The position numbers and the translations under genes were made by a program. A stretch of DNA of 64,000 nt from an uncultured Bacteroidales bacterium (lineage in GTDB: Bacteria > Bacteroidota > Bacteroidia > Bacteroidales > VadinHA17), in the NCBI GenBank assembly GCA_963809855.1, contig CAWELF010000002.1, forward strand, positions 61,646 through 125,645. The letters run 5' to 3'. Within the stretch, counting starts at the first letter, position 1. Every line of letters begins with the position of its first letter. This document shows, in pieces, positions 23,737-33,859 of the stretch. A model generated the notes under the pieces. The model worked only from the letters and a program-made list of their open reading frames with translations. It was not told the origin of the DNA and made no database searches.

Positions 23737-23784
23737 AAAATGGGATATGAAAACACCGTTTCCGGTTTTTCATATCCCATTTTT
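23737..23784. terminator. Bidirectional intrinsic terminator
   Basis: AAAA-ATGGGATATGAAAA...TTTTCATATCCCAT-TTTT: a 14-bp stem with an extra ACCG/CGGT extension, an A-run upstream and a T-run downstream. It lies 19 nt past the stop of the minus-strand DUF362 gene. Confidence 0.75.
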
Positions 23785-23802
23785 GATATAACGATTTTAA
23801 GG

Positions 23803-25557
23803 CTAGTTACTTTTTGCGCTTTTCACCAGGTCCTCTGGTATAGAAACAAGCTCGATACCCTTTCCTGTTCCGAGGTTCCGGGAATATTGTTTATCGTTGC
23901 CATTATTCCAATGTTCATGTACTCCGAGAACAGGTATCGGTTTCCCGCTGTTGTCGGGATCATAAACTATCCCTTCCGGCCAGTTTGAATGATCGGCTGC
24001 CTGGTGCATGTAGTCATCAACACCAAACATATTGGGTATTGATTCCCATTCGTTATTAGAAGCATCATGTTTATGAACTCCGTCAAACTCTGTTCTGAGG
24101 AAATCATAACCTACTGATTCTATTGCAACTGGATCGAGTGACATGAATATTGAGTTACTCCAACCGTCATTAAACGGAGGCATAAAATATTTAACCGGCC
24201 CCTTTATTTCGCTGGATCCTCCACCATGTATGCCTTCAATACACCAGAAAACTGAATTGTTCCCAAGGTATTTGCTCCCCATAAGATCTACAAAAACCCT
24301 GTATTTATGATAACCGGTGTTGGTTGCAGTACCTTCTCTTCTGTTGCCAACATGTGAATAATGAAGATGGCCTGCACCGTTTCTTCCAACATTCCCGAAA
24401 TTCAGTTTTGCGGTTAATGATACTCCTGCAGCTCCGTGAGGTTTAAAAACAGCCATATAGATCATGTAATTGGCATTTTCAAGAACATCATAAAGCTTAT
24501 CAGTTATCTTTTTATCCGAATAGAAAACCAAAGGCTGCTCAGTCATTTTGATCATTGTACGCCCAAATGAAGTTGAGGTTCTATCTACATACCTTACATT
24601 CGGGAATTCTTTTACCCATACATTGTAATTATGTGCATAGATAGGATTCATCGGGTCTCCTACAGCTATGTCAGCCTGGTCAACACCATAATCATTAACA
24701 AGCTCCTTTAATAATTCAAGAACAACATATGGACCATTTTCAGTAGGCTCCATGCTTGCTATCCTGCTGTCTTTTGCAGGAAGTGTTTTTGGTAGTACAT
24801 AACCATTTTCCTTATCTTCCTTGCTGAGTGTCCATCCTGCCTGTCCCTGATTTATCTTAATGAAAATCTTCTCTCCTTTTGTATATCCTTTTGCCTTGCC
24901 AAGTTTCCTTTCATTGAAATACTTGAACATTGCATCCCAGGCTTTTGCAGGGGTTTTCTTCCCGGTCAGTTTGAGGACTCCGTCGCGAAACATCTTGCCC
25001 TGAACGGGTCCATTATTGTTTTCCGGATTTGCAAAATTGTTGCCATTAACAGGATCATTATGCTGAAAATTCGGGTTCGATGCTTCAGGGTTATATGCCC
25101 ATACAACACGTCCCGGGAAAAGGCCTTTTGGATCGCCGATAGGTTTATTTGGTCCATCCTCAGGACCAGTCCTTGTTTCGGTTGACGGAACAACAGTTTG
25201 TTGATCACTGCTTGCAGGAGCAACTGCCATAGCTACGATCACACCGGCCATCAGCATAAAAGCAGCTCCGTATCTTACATTGATTACTTTCCTCTTCATT
25301 TTCCTCGAAACTGCAGTCAAACCTGCAACTGCCAGGAGATATGTTACAAATCCTGACATAAATGGCGCTGCAATTTTCATACATGGATAGGTAGCCCTCG
25401 ATGGCTTCGGGATCACCCTGATCAGGAACCATATCGTTGAAGCGATACCCATTATAAAAAATATCAAAGTTGGAGGCAAGTGGTGGCTTGACAACCAGTC
25501 TCTCATCTGAGCCAGTTTCCCCTTTAATCTGGAGATATCAAATTTCATTTTTTGCAT
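23803..25557 (-). CDS. Membrane-anchored DUF362-domain protein (function unknown)
   Basis: 584 aa with about three N-terminal hydrophobic helices (LIFFIMGIASTIWFLI, FVTYLLAVAGLTAV, AAFMLMAGVIVAMAVA), followed by a soluble domain whose C-terminal part (FMSLDPVAIESVGYDFLRTEF) resembles DUF362. This is a recognition-level call. Confidence 0.55.
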   Translation of the reverse strand: MQKMKFDISRLKGKLAQMRDWLSSHHLPPTLIFFIMGIASTIWFLIRVIPKPSRATYPCMKIAAPFMSGFVTYLLAVAGLTAVSRKMKRKVINVRYGAAFMLMAGVIVAMAVAPASSDQQTVVPSTETRTGPEDGPNKPIGDPKGLFPGRVVWAYNPEASNPNFQHNDPVNGNNFANPENNNGPVQGKMFRDGVLKLTGKKTPAKAWDAMFKYFNERKLGKAKGYTKGEKIFIKINQGQAGWTLSKEDKENGYVLPKTLPAKDSRIASMEPTENGPYVVLELLKELVNDYGVDQADIAVGDPMNPIYAHNYNVWVKEFPNVRYVDRTSTSFGRTMIKMTEQPLVFYSDKKITDKLYDVLENANYMIYMAVFKPHGAAGVSLTAKLNFGNVGRNGAGHLHYSHVGNRREGTATNTGYHKYRVFVDLMGSKYLGNNSVFWCIEGIHGGGSSEIKGPVKYFMPPFNDGWSNSIFMSLDPVAIESVGYDFLRTEFDGVHKHDASNNEWESIPNMFGVDDYMHQAADHSNWPEGIVYDPDNSGKPIPVLGVHEHWNNGNDKQYSRNLGTGKGIELVSIPEDLVKSAKSN

Positions 25558-25727
25558 GGTAGGTTTTCTTTTAAGGTTTATTAACGCAAGATTACAAATA
25601 TTTCAATAAAATCTCTTGTTTAATTTTATTTTTCATTCACTTTTTCTGTTTGCAATTACCGGTATATATTATTTCTTAACTTTAGTGCATTATTGTCGAA
25701 CGGACTACTTAACTTAACTTAAATAAA

Positions 25728-28700
25728 ATGAAAACAAAAATCACCAGAATTTTATTTTTGTTTCTCGCCTGTTTCTCTGTTATGGCTTTTATGCCGGCGA
25801 GCGAGAATGCAAAAAAGCCTATTTACCTCGACACAGCATATTCCTTCAGGGAAAGGGCTGCTGACCTCATTTCAAGAATGACTCCCGAGGAGAAGCAAAG
25901 CCAATTGGGAAATACTATGCCTCCTATTCCCCGTCTTGGAATTAAGAAATATGATGTTTGGGGCGAGGCTCTTCACGGGGTTATGGGAAGAAATAATAAC
26001 AGCGGGATGACCGCAACTTCATTCCCAAACAGTGTAGCTGTTGGTTCCACATGGGACCCTGCATTGATCAAGCGTGAAACCTCCGTAATAGCTGATGAGG
26101 CAAGAGGTTTTAACCACGATCTTATTTTTACTCTTACTTACTGGTCACCTGTTGTTGAACCTGCCAGAGACCCTAGGTGGGGGAGAACAGCGGAATCATT
26201 TGGTGAAGATCCATTTCTTGTTTCGCAAATAGGAGGTGGGTTTGTTCAGGGATTAATGGGAGACGATCCTCTGTACCTGAAAGCAGTTCCATGCGGAAAA
26301 CATTTCTTTGCGAACAATACAGAATTTAATCGTCATACCGGAAGCGCTGACATGGATAGCAGGGACATGAGAGAGTATTATCTTCTTCCTTACAGATCAA
26401 TGATTGAGAAAGATAAACTGCCTGCAATAATGACTGCTTACAGCGCCGTTAACGGCATCCCAATGTCGGCCAGTAAATTTCTTGTTGATTCAATTGCCAG
26501 AAAAACTTATGGTCTAAATGGATATGTAACAGGCGACTGTGGCGCTATTTCTGATATTTTAGCAGGACATCATTACATAAAAAGCAACACGGAAGCAACG
26601 GCACTCGGACTTAAGACCGGAGTTGATACAGATTGCGGCAGCGTTTACCAGACAAGTGCTCTCGACGCTCTCAAAGAGGGTTTAATTACCGAAGCAGATA
26701 TGGATAAAGGCTTACTGAATATCTATACTATAAGGATGAGACTGGGTGAGTTTGATCCTCAAAATATCGTTCCTTATGCAGGGATCAACTCAAGTATCAT
26801 CAACGACCCTTCACATAATGACCTCGCAGTTGAAATTGCAACTAAGACCCCTGTTCTTCTTAAAAATAATGTAGTTACAAAAACCGGAAAAAAAGCGCTG
26901 CCTTTAAATGCCAGTGGCATTAAGAAAATAGCTGTATTGGGTCCACAGGCTGAAAAGGTGGAATTAGGAGATTATTCAGGCCAGGCTGAACCTAAGTATA
27001 AAATTACCCCACTCGCAGGGATTAAAAACTATATTGAACAGAACAAATTAAAGACAGAAATAGTTAGCAGCTCAAGCGGAAATACTGCCAGAAGAACAGA
27101 TTTCTTTAATATGATCAGTTTTTCAACTGTTGCTAAAGGTGGAGCTGTTAAAGAGTATGATGCAACTAAATTTGATGCTTCTGCAAACGGTTTAATTACC
27201 TCAACAAGAGGTGCACAGGCCACTTTAAGAGGAATCAAGGATGGCGACTGGTCATTATATAAAAATGTAGATATTACTAACGTAGATTCTATAAGATTTA
27301 ATATGACTGTATCCGCCGATGGTGGACTACTTGAGGTAAGAGTCGGTTCCGCAACAGGTAATATCCTTGCTTCACAAAAAGTTGCCGCCACACAGCAAGC
27401 TGCCGGCGGCGGATTTGGTGGAATGGGAGGAAGATCAAGAATTGTCCCTGTTAAAATCAATAGCCTTGGTATAACAGGCTCTCAAACCATTGTACTTGTT
27501 TATCATGAGTCGGAAGTACCGGCTACAGACAAAGCAACTCTTGATATGGCCGCTTCTGCAGATGTTGCAGTTATATTTGTTGGTACAGACCAGACCACAG
27601 GAAGAGAAGAATCAGACAGGTTCTCAATTGGATTGCCTGGTAACCAGTACGAGCTGATCAAATCTGTAGCAGCTGTTAATCCTAATACCATTGTTGTAAT
27701 ACAAGGAATGGGAATAGTTGAAGTTGAACAGATAAAAAATGATCCGAATGTCGCTGGTATTATCTGGACTGGATACAATGGTCAGGCACAGGGAGCTGCA
27801 ATGGCTAAAATACTGTTCGGCGAAGCTAACCCGGGTGGAAAAACCAGTCTCACATGGTACAAATCTCTTAATGATCTGCCTGCATTCAATGATTATACTT
27901 TAAGAGGCGGTGCCGGAAAGAACGGAAGAACCTACTGGTATTTCAATAAAGATGTTTCTTATGAATTCGGCTATGGATTATCATACACAACATTTGGCAT
28001 TAGCAATTTCTCCATCAGTAAGAGTACAATTACACCGAATGATAAGATTACTATCACAGCAGATGTAAAGAACACAGGAAGCGTCGATGGTGACGAGGTA
28101 GTTCAGATCTATGTTAAGACTCCCGACAGCCCAGCATCTCTCGAGAGACCAATAAAGAGATTGAAAGGATTCAAAAGAGTTACTATTCCTCAAGGCCAGA
28201 CAAAAACCGTCTCAATCGATATTGACTGTGCAGACTTGTGGTTCTGGGATTCAAAGAATGAAAAGTTAATGTTCGATCAGGGTAACTACATTTTTGAGAT
28301 CGGCACATCATCAAAAGACATTAAAGGTACAGTTACCGCTAAAATGAGTGGCGCATACAACGCCGTTCTGAAAACTGTTGTTGCAGAATGCGGTAAAGTA
28401 GTACTCAGACCAGGCAATACAGTTCAGACCAGTGTGTCTGCATCGATGTCTGACGATAGCTTCTTCAATATCAAAAATGCCCAGGTAACTTATAAGAGCA
28501 ATAATCCTGATGTGGCAAGTGTTGATGAAAAGGGAATGGTTACAGCTAAGGGAGTTGGAGCAGTTACTGTTTTTGCATACGTAACAATAAATGGAAATAC
28601 AGTATCGAACAGCTATTCTCTTAAAGTAATGCCAGATCTGAATGCTGCAACTATTGCTGTTAACGGAAAGAATATTACAGGTTTCAATTCTTCAGTTAAA

Positions 28701-29594
28701 GCTTACGGTTTCCTTTTGGTAAATGCATCGCCTGTTCCTGTTGTAAGTACAACTGCCGCAGGTAAGAATGTTACTGTTGATGTAGTTCAGGCTCCTTCAG
28801 TGCCTGGAACAGCAATTATCACTCTCACCGACAATGTAACAATCGAGACGAATGAATTTCTTGTGAATTTCGGACTTAAGTCTGTAAGCGATGAATTCAA
28901 CAGTGCTACTCTCGGAAAACAATGGAGTTGGGTAAGGGAAAATTCCTCAAACTGGAGTCTTTCAAAGAAATCAGGTTCACTGTTGATCACAAGCGAAAAG
29001 GGTGATATAGTTGCTGCAAATAATAATGCGAAGAATATCCTTTTGCAGAGCGCAAATACCGACTGGACAATCGATTCAAAGATGATATGCTCCAGAAAAC
29101 CGGCTGGCTCAACACAGAATGCCGGTATACTTGCTTACCAGGACGATGATAATTTTCTTGAGTTGGTTTACAAAGCCAGTCCTGCACGTAGAGGAATGGG
29201 CGGTCCGGGTGCTCCTGGTGGAACTGCAACCCCACCGGTTGTTCAACCAGGTACTGTCGACATCATTGTTGAGATCAATGGTTCCCAGAAAACTGCTGCA
29301 ACCCTTAGTCTGACTGATATAATTAAGGATAACAATACTCTTGTTCTTAAGCTTGACAAAAAAGGCAGCGTTTACACAGCATCCTGTTCATCAGATGGTA
29401 AGAGTTTCAAAGTAGTGGGTACTGCCGATATTATGTTAAAGAACATAAAAACCGGTGTGATTGTTTGCGATGGTGTTCCACCTGCAGGACGAGGAGGTAA
29501 TAATCCGGGAATGCAGCAGCAGGCTGCTCAGCCGGAAACTCCGTTTGATGTCGCATTCGATTATTTCCACATCACTAATAAAGGCATTAAGTAA
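25728..29594 (+). CDS. Long multi-domain GH3 (paralog P2, 1,288 aa)
   Basis: Collinear with P1 and roughly 85-90% identical by eye in the catalytic half, with the same motif set (GYVTGDCGAI; IKDGDWSLYKNVDITNVDSIRF; YKSNNPDVASVDEKGMVTAKGVG; FDYFHI). Confidence 0.85.
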   Translation: MKTKITRILFLFLACFSVMAFMPASENAKKPIYLDTAYSFRERAADLISRMTPEEKQSQLGNTMPPIPRLGIKKYDVWGEALHGVMGRNNNSGMTATSFPNSVAVGSTWDPALIKRETSVIADEARGFNHDLIFTLTYWSPVVEPARDPRWGRTAESFGEDPFLVSQIGGGFVQGLMGDDPLYLKAVPCGKHFFANNTEFNRHTGSADMDSRDMREYYLLPYRSMIEKDKLPAIMTAYSAVNGIPMSASKFLVDSIARKTYGLNGYVTGDCGAISDILAGHHYIKSNTEATALGLKTGVDTDCGSVYQTSALDALKEGLITEADMDKGLLNIYTIRMRLGEFDPQNIVPYAGINSSIINDPSHNDLAVEIATKTPVLLKNNVVTKTGKKALPLNASGIKKIAVLGPQAEKVELGDYSGQAEPKYKITPLAGIKNYIEQNKLKTEIVSSSSGNTARRTDFFNMISFSTVAKGGAVKEYDATKFDASANGLITSTRGAQATLRGIKDGDWSLYKNVDITNVDSIRFNMTVSADGGLLEVRVGSATGNILASQKVAATQQAAGGGFGGMGGRSRIVPVKINSLGITGSQTIVLVYHESEVPATDKATLDMAASADVAVIFVGTDQTTGREESDRFSIGLPGNQYELIKSVAAVNPNTIVVIQGMGIVEVEQIKNDPNVAGIIWTGYNGQAQGAAMAKILFGEANPGGKTSLTWYKSLNDLPAFNDYTLRGGAGKNGRTYWYFNKDVSYEFGYGLSYTTFGISNFSISKSTITPNDKITITADVKNTGSVDGDEVVQIYVKTPDSPASLERPIKRLKGFKRVTIPQGQTKTVSIDIDCADLWFWDSKNEKLMFDQGNYIFEIGTSSKDIKGTVTAKMSGAYNAVLKTVVAECGKVVLRPGNTVQTSVSASMSDDSFFNIKNAQVTYKSNNPDVASVDEKGMVTAKGVGAVTVFAYVTINGNTVSNSYSLKVMPDLNAATIAVNGKNITGFNSSVKAYGFLLVNASPVPVVSTTAAGKNVTVDVVQAPSVPGTAIITLTDNVTIETNEFLVNFGLKSVSDEFNSATLGKQWSWVRENSSNWSLSKKSGSLLITSEKGDIVAANNNAKNILLQSANTDWTIDSKMICSRKPAGSTQNAGILAYQDDDNFLELVYKASPARRGMGGPGAPGGTATPPVVQPGTVDIIVEINGSQKTAATLSLTDIIKDNNTLVLKLDKKGSVYTASCSSDGKSFKVVGTADIMLKNIKTGVIVCDGVPPAGRGGNNPGMQQQAAQPETPFDVAFDYFHITNKGIK

Positions 29595-29659
29595 TCTGTG
29601 ACATCAGTATTCTTTTCGAATCTGATGAATTGACCTTTTTCACTTTATTTTAAAATAAG

Positions 29660-29695
29660 AATCCCCTGGTCATTATTGCTGGGGGATTTTTTTTA
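29660..29695 (+). terminator. Intrinsic terminator after P2
   Basis: AATCCCC(tgg)...(ctg)GGGGATT followed by T8. Confidence 0.7.
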
Positions 29696-29751
29696 TGAGA
29701 ATCGATGATCCGGTTCAACTCACCCAATCTGAGCTCTCTAAAAAATCTATT

Positions 29752-29855
29752 TTAACCGCAGAGAACGCAAAGGAGGCGCGAAGGACGCAAAGTTAATTCA
29801 TTGCAATTTAGTTCTTTGCGATCTTTGCGATTTTCTTTGCACCCTTTGCGGTTAA
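29752..29855. repeat. About 104-bp TTAAC...GTTAA imperfect palindrome (family copy B)
   Basis: TTAACCGCAGAGAACGCAAAGGAGGCGCGAAGGACGCAAAG ... CTTTGCGATCTTTGCGATTTTCTTTGCACCCTTTGCGGTTAA. Confidence 0.8.
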
Positions 29856-29950
29856 TGGATTTAAAATAGTTTTCAAACAAAACAGTACTTTCACATAATA
29901 GTAAACATGTTTTTATATTTTTACAATCATAAACTCAAAACAGACTTAAT

Positions 29951-32900
29951 ATGAGAATTAAACCGACCAAACTCATTCTTGTACTTTTCGCTTGTCTTGC
30001 TATCATGGCATTCAATCCGGCAAGTGAAACAGCCAGGAAACCTATTTACCTTAATACAGCTTATTCTTTTAAAGAAAGAGCTGCTGACATTGTTTCGCGA
30101 ATGACTCTGGAAGAGAAGCAAAGTCAGTTGGGCAATACAATGCCACCTATTCCCCGTTTGGGTATTAATAAATATGATGTATGGGGTGAGGCTTTGCACG
30201 GAATTATGGGAAGAAATAATAACAGTGGAATGACCGCAACTTCATTCCCCAACAGTGTAGCAGTTGGTTCTACATGGGACCCGGCACTGATTAAGCGTGA
30301 GACTTCGGTAATCGCCGATGAGGCAAGAGGTTTTAACCACGATCTTATTTTTACACTTACTTACTGGTCACCGGTTGTTGAACCAGCCAGAGACCCAAGG
30401 TGGGGAAGAACAGCCGAGACATTTGGTGAAGATCCCTTCCTTGTATCACAGATAGGCGGTGGCTTTGTCCGTGGTTTAATGGGAGACGATCCGACTTATT
30501 TAAAAGCTGTTCCATGTGGGAAACATTACTTTGCAAATAATACAGAGTTTAACCGTCATAACGGAAGCGCAAATATGGATGACAGGGATATGCGGGAATT
30601 TTACCTATATCCTTACAAATCACTTATTGAAAAGGATAAGCTTCCGGCAATTATGACAGCTTATAGCGCTGTAAACGGAGTTCCAATGTCGGCCAGTAAA
30701 TTTCTGGTCGATACCATTGCCCGCAGAACCTTTGGTTTGGATGGATATGTTACAGGTGACTGTGGCGCTATATCTGATATTTTGCAAGGGCACCGTTATG
30801 TAAAGAACAATGCTGAAGCAACAGCTATGGGACTCAGATCAGGAGTTGATAACGATTGTGGAGGTGTTTATCAGGCAAACTCGCTCGAAGCACTTAAGCA
30901 GGGATTAATAACAGAAGCTGACATGGATAAGGCTTTGGTGAATATTTACGCGATCAGAATGAGACTGGGAGAATTTGATCCTCAGAATATAGTTCCTTAT
31001 GCAGGAATTAAACCGGGTATAATAAATGATCCCGCGCATAATAACCTTGCTGTTGAAATTGCAACCAAAACACCTGTACTTCTTAAAAATGATGTGGTAT
31101 CGAAAACAGGAAAAAAAGCATTACCACTTAATGCCAGCACCATTAAAAAAATTGCAGTATTGGGTCCCCAGGCCGATAAAGTAGAATTAGGCGATTATTC
31201 CGGAGAAGCCGAACCAGCTTATAAGATTTCTCCCCTGGCCGGAATTAAGAGTTACCTTGCCCAGAATAAACTCACTACTGAGGTAGTTTCCAAATCAGGC
31301 GGAAATACGACAAAAAGAACTGATTTTATTTCCATGACCAGTTTTTCAACAGTTAGCAATGGTAAAGTTGTCAAGGATTTTGATGCTGCAAAATTTGACG
31401 CTTCTTCAAATGGTTTGATTATTTCTGATAGAGGAGGGAGATCTTCATTCAGGGGTATCAAGGATGGCGACTGGACCTCGTACAATAATGTTGACATTAC
31501 CAATGTCGATTCAATAAGATTTAATATGTCAGCATCCGGCGAAGGCGGATTGCTGGAAGTAAGAGTTGGTACGGCAACAGGAAATATTCTTGCTTCACAA
31601 AAAGTTGAAGCTGCCCAGCAGGGTGGTGGAGGAGGATTTGGTGGTTTTGGTGGCGGGCGATCAAGAATTGTACCGGTAAAAATTAATACTCTGGGTATTA
31701 CCGGATCACAAACAATTGTTCTAGTTTACCGTGAACCGGAAGCACCGGCCACCGATAAAGAAACGCTTGATATGGCAGCTTCAGCTGATGTTGCTATCGT
31801 TTTTGTTGGCACCGATCAAACTACTGGAAGAGAGGAATCCGACCGGTTCGCAATAACTCTTCCGGGTAACCAGAATGAACTTATCAAAGCTGTGGCAGCG
31901 GTTAACCCAAATACTATTGTGGTAATCCAGGGAATGGGAATGGTTGAAGTTGAGAAATTTAAAAACAATCCAAATATTGGAGGAATAATTTTCACCGGAT
32001 ATAATGGTCAGGGTCAGGGAACCGCCATGGCAAAAATATTATTTGGTGAAGTAAACCCGGGCGGAAAAACAACTCTTACCTGGTATAAATCCCTTGATGA
32101 TCTGCCTGCATTCAATGACTATACATTAAGAGGTGGGGCCGGAAAGAACGGCAGGACATACATGTATTTCAATAAAGATGTTTCCTACGAATTCGGTTAT
32201 GGACTTTCGTATACTACTTTCGGTTACAGCAACTTTAGCATTAATAAAAGCAGCATTTCACCAAACGATAAAGTTACTGTAAAGGTTGATCTTAAAAATA
32301 CCGGCGGTGTTGACGGAGATGAAGTAGTACAAATCTATGTAAGAACACCTGACAGTCCCGCATCGCTTGAGAGACCGATAAAGAGGTTGAAAGGATTCAA
32401 AAGAGTGACTATTCCACAGGGTCAGACAAAAACCGTTTCGATCGATATCGATTGTGCCGATCTTTGGTTCTGGGATATTCAGAATAAGAAAATGATTTAC
32501 GATCAGGGTAAATACGTGTTTGAAATTGGTGCATCATCAAAAGACATTAAAGGAAAAGTTGAAGCTACTTTGGGAGGTTCTTATACCCCCGTTCTGGAAA
32601 CAGTTGTTGCAGACTGTGAAAAGGTTGTATTAATACCTGGAAACATTGTTCAGACAAGTGTATCAGCCTCGATGTCGGACGACAGTTTTATCTATATCAA
32701 AAATGCAAAGGTTACTTATACTAGTACTAATCCATCAGTTGCCACAGTTGACGAAAACGGAAAAGTTACTGCAACAGGTGTTGGAATAACTTCGATATTC
32801 GCTAATGTAACTGTAAATGGAAAGACTGTTTCGAACAGCTATCCACTGAAAGTAATGCCCGACCTGACTCTTAAATCAATTACAGTTGACGGGAAAAATA

Positions 32901-33778
32901 TTGAAGGCTTTAATAAAGAAGTTAAAGCTTACAGTTATCTTTTGAAAAGCAACTCAAAAATCCCTGTGGTTATGGCATCTGCAATGGTTAAAGATATCAG
33001 GGTAGATATTGCACAGGTGAAAAGCGTTCCGGGAACTGCTGTTGTTAAGTTTATTGACGACATCACACTCGAGACGAATACTTATTATTTAAACTTTGAT
33101 GTTCAATCTACAAGTGATGAATTCAACAACCCAACCATTGGTAAGCCATGGGAATGGATGAGAGAGAACAAGTCAACATACAGCCTGACAAAGAGTACAG
33201 GCACTCTTACAATTACCAGTGAAACGGGAGATATATCGGAAAACAGTAACAATGCTAAGAATTTATTGTTACAGAGCGCCAACAACGATTGGACCATCGA
33301 CACAAAACTGGTTTGTTCAAGAAATCCATCCCAACCTGAAAATGCAGGAATTCTGGTTTACGAAAATGATGATAATTTTGTAAAACTGGTGCTCAGGGCA
33401 GTTACCAAAACAACCCGGCAAACAGGTGTACAACCGGGTACCATAGACCTTATTATCGAAGAAAATGGTATTGCAAAGTCTACAGCATCCTTTAATCTCA
33501 GAAATGAAATTACCGGCAACAACCCGTTAATACTCAGGTTGGAGAAAAATGGAAGTATCTACACGGCATACTATTCGCTTGATGGAATTAAATTCGAGAA
33601 GATGGGAACTGCCGATCTCCTGCTAAAGGATATCAGGGCAGGATTAATGGTATGCGACGGAGTAATAATATCGGGAATGAAAAGCGTTTATTATTTCAAT
33701 TCTGATACAACCAAACCGGGTACTCCATTTGATGTATCGTTTGACTATTTCCACATTGTAAATAGAGGTCTGAAGTAG
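29951..33778 (+). CDS. Long multi-domain GH3 (paralog P3, 1,275 aa)
   Basis: Same architecture as P1 and P2. The catalytic half is highly similar. The C-terminal ConA-like domain lacks the low-complexity insertions seen in P1, P2 and P4. Confidence 0.85.
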   Translation: MRIKPTKLILVLFACLAIMAFNPASETARKPIYLNTAYSFKERAADIVSRMTLEEKQSQLGNTMPPIPRLGINKYDVWGEALHGIMGRNNNSGMTATSFPNSVAVGSTWDPALIKRETSVIADEARGFNHDLIFTLTYWSPVVEPARDPRWGRTAETFGEDPFLVSQIGGGFVRGLMGDDPTYLKAVPCGKHYFANNTEFNRHNGSANMDDRDMREFYLYPYKSLIEKDKLPAIMTAYSAVNGVPMSASKFLVDTIARRTFGLDGYVTGDCGAISDILQGHRYVKNNAEATAMGLRSGVDNDCGGVYQANSLEALKQGLITEADMDKALVNIYAIRMRLGEFDPQNIVPYAGIKPGIINDPAHNNLAVEIATKTPVLLKNDVVSKTGKKALPLNASTIKKIAVLGPQADKVELGDYSGEAEPAYKISPLAGIKSYLAQNKLTTEVVSKSGGNTTKRTDFISMTSFSTVSNGKVVKDFDAAKFDASSNGLIISDRGGRSSFRGIKDGDWTSYNNVDITNVDSIRFNMSASGEGGLLEVRVGTATGNILASQKVEAAQQGGGGGFGGFGGGRSRIVPVKINTLGITGSQTIVLVYREPEAPATDKETLDMAASADVAIVFVGTDQTTGREESDRFAITLPGNQNELIKAVAAVNPNTIVVIQGMGMVEVEKFKNNPNIGGIIFTGYNGQGQGTAMAKILFGEVNPGGKTTLTWYKSLDDLPAFNDYTLRGGAGKNGRTYMYFNKDVSYEFGYGLSYTTFGYSNFSINKSSISPNDKVTVKVDLKNTGGVDGDEVVQIYVRTPDSPASLERPIKRLKGFKRVTIPQGQTKTVSIDIDCADLWFWDIQNKKMIYDQGKYVFEIGASSKDIKGKVEATLGGSYTPVLETVVADCEKVVLIPGNIVQTSVSASMSDDSFIYIKNAKVTYTSTNPSVATVDENGKVTATGVGITSIFANVTVNGKTVSNSYPLKVMPDLTLKSITVDGKNIEGFNKEVKAYSYLLKSNSKIPVVMASAMVKDIRVDIAQVKSVPGTAVVKFIDDITLETNTYYLNFDVQSTSDEFNNPTIGKPWEWMRENKSTYSLTKSTGTLTITSETGDISENSNNAKNLLLQSANNDWTIDTKLVCSRNPSQPENAGILVYENDDNFVKLVLRAVTKTTRQTGVQPGTIDLIIEENGIAKSTASFNLRNEITGNNPLILRLEKNGSIYTAYYSLDGIKFEKMGTADLLLKDIRAGLMVCDGVIISGMKSVYYFNSDTTKPGTPFDVSFDYFHIVNRGLK

Positions 33779-33859
33779 AGAGGGGATGGGGGTGAGTTTT
33801 ACCTGTTTAGAGTTGAAAAATACTTTTGATATTTTATTAAAAATTTTAATTGATTTAAT

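Noticed and set aside
27029-27460. 143-aa antisense ORF within long GH3 P2
   Set aside because: It spans the Gly-rich patch of the CBM6-like module and the flanking conserved coding sequence, with no independent support. The equivalent region in P3 gives only an 83-aa antisense ORF.
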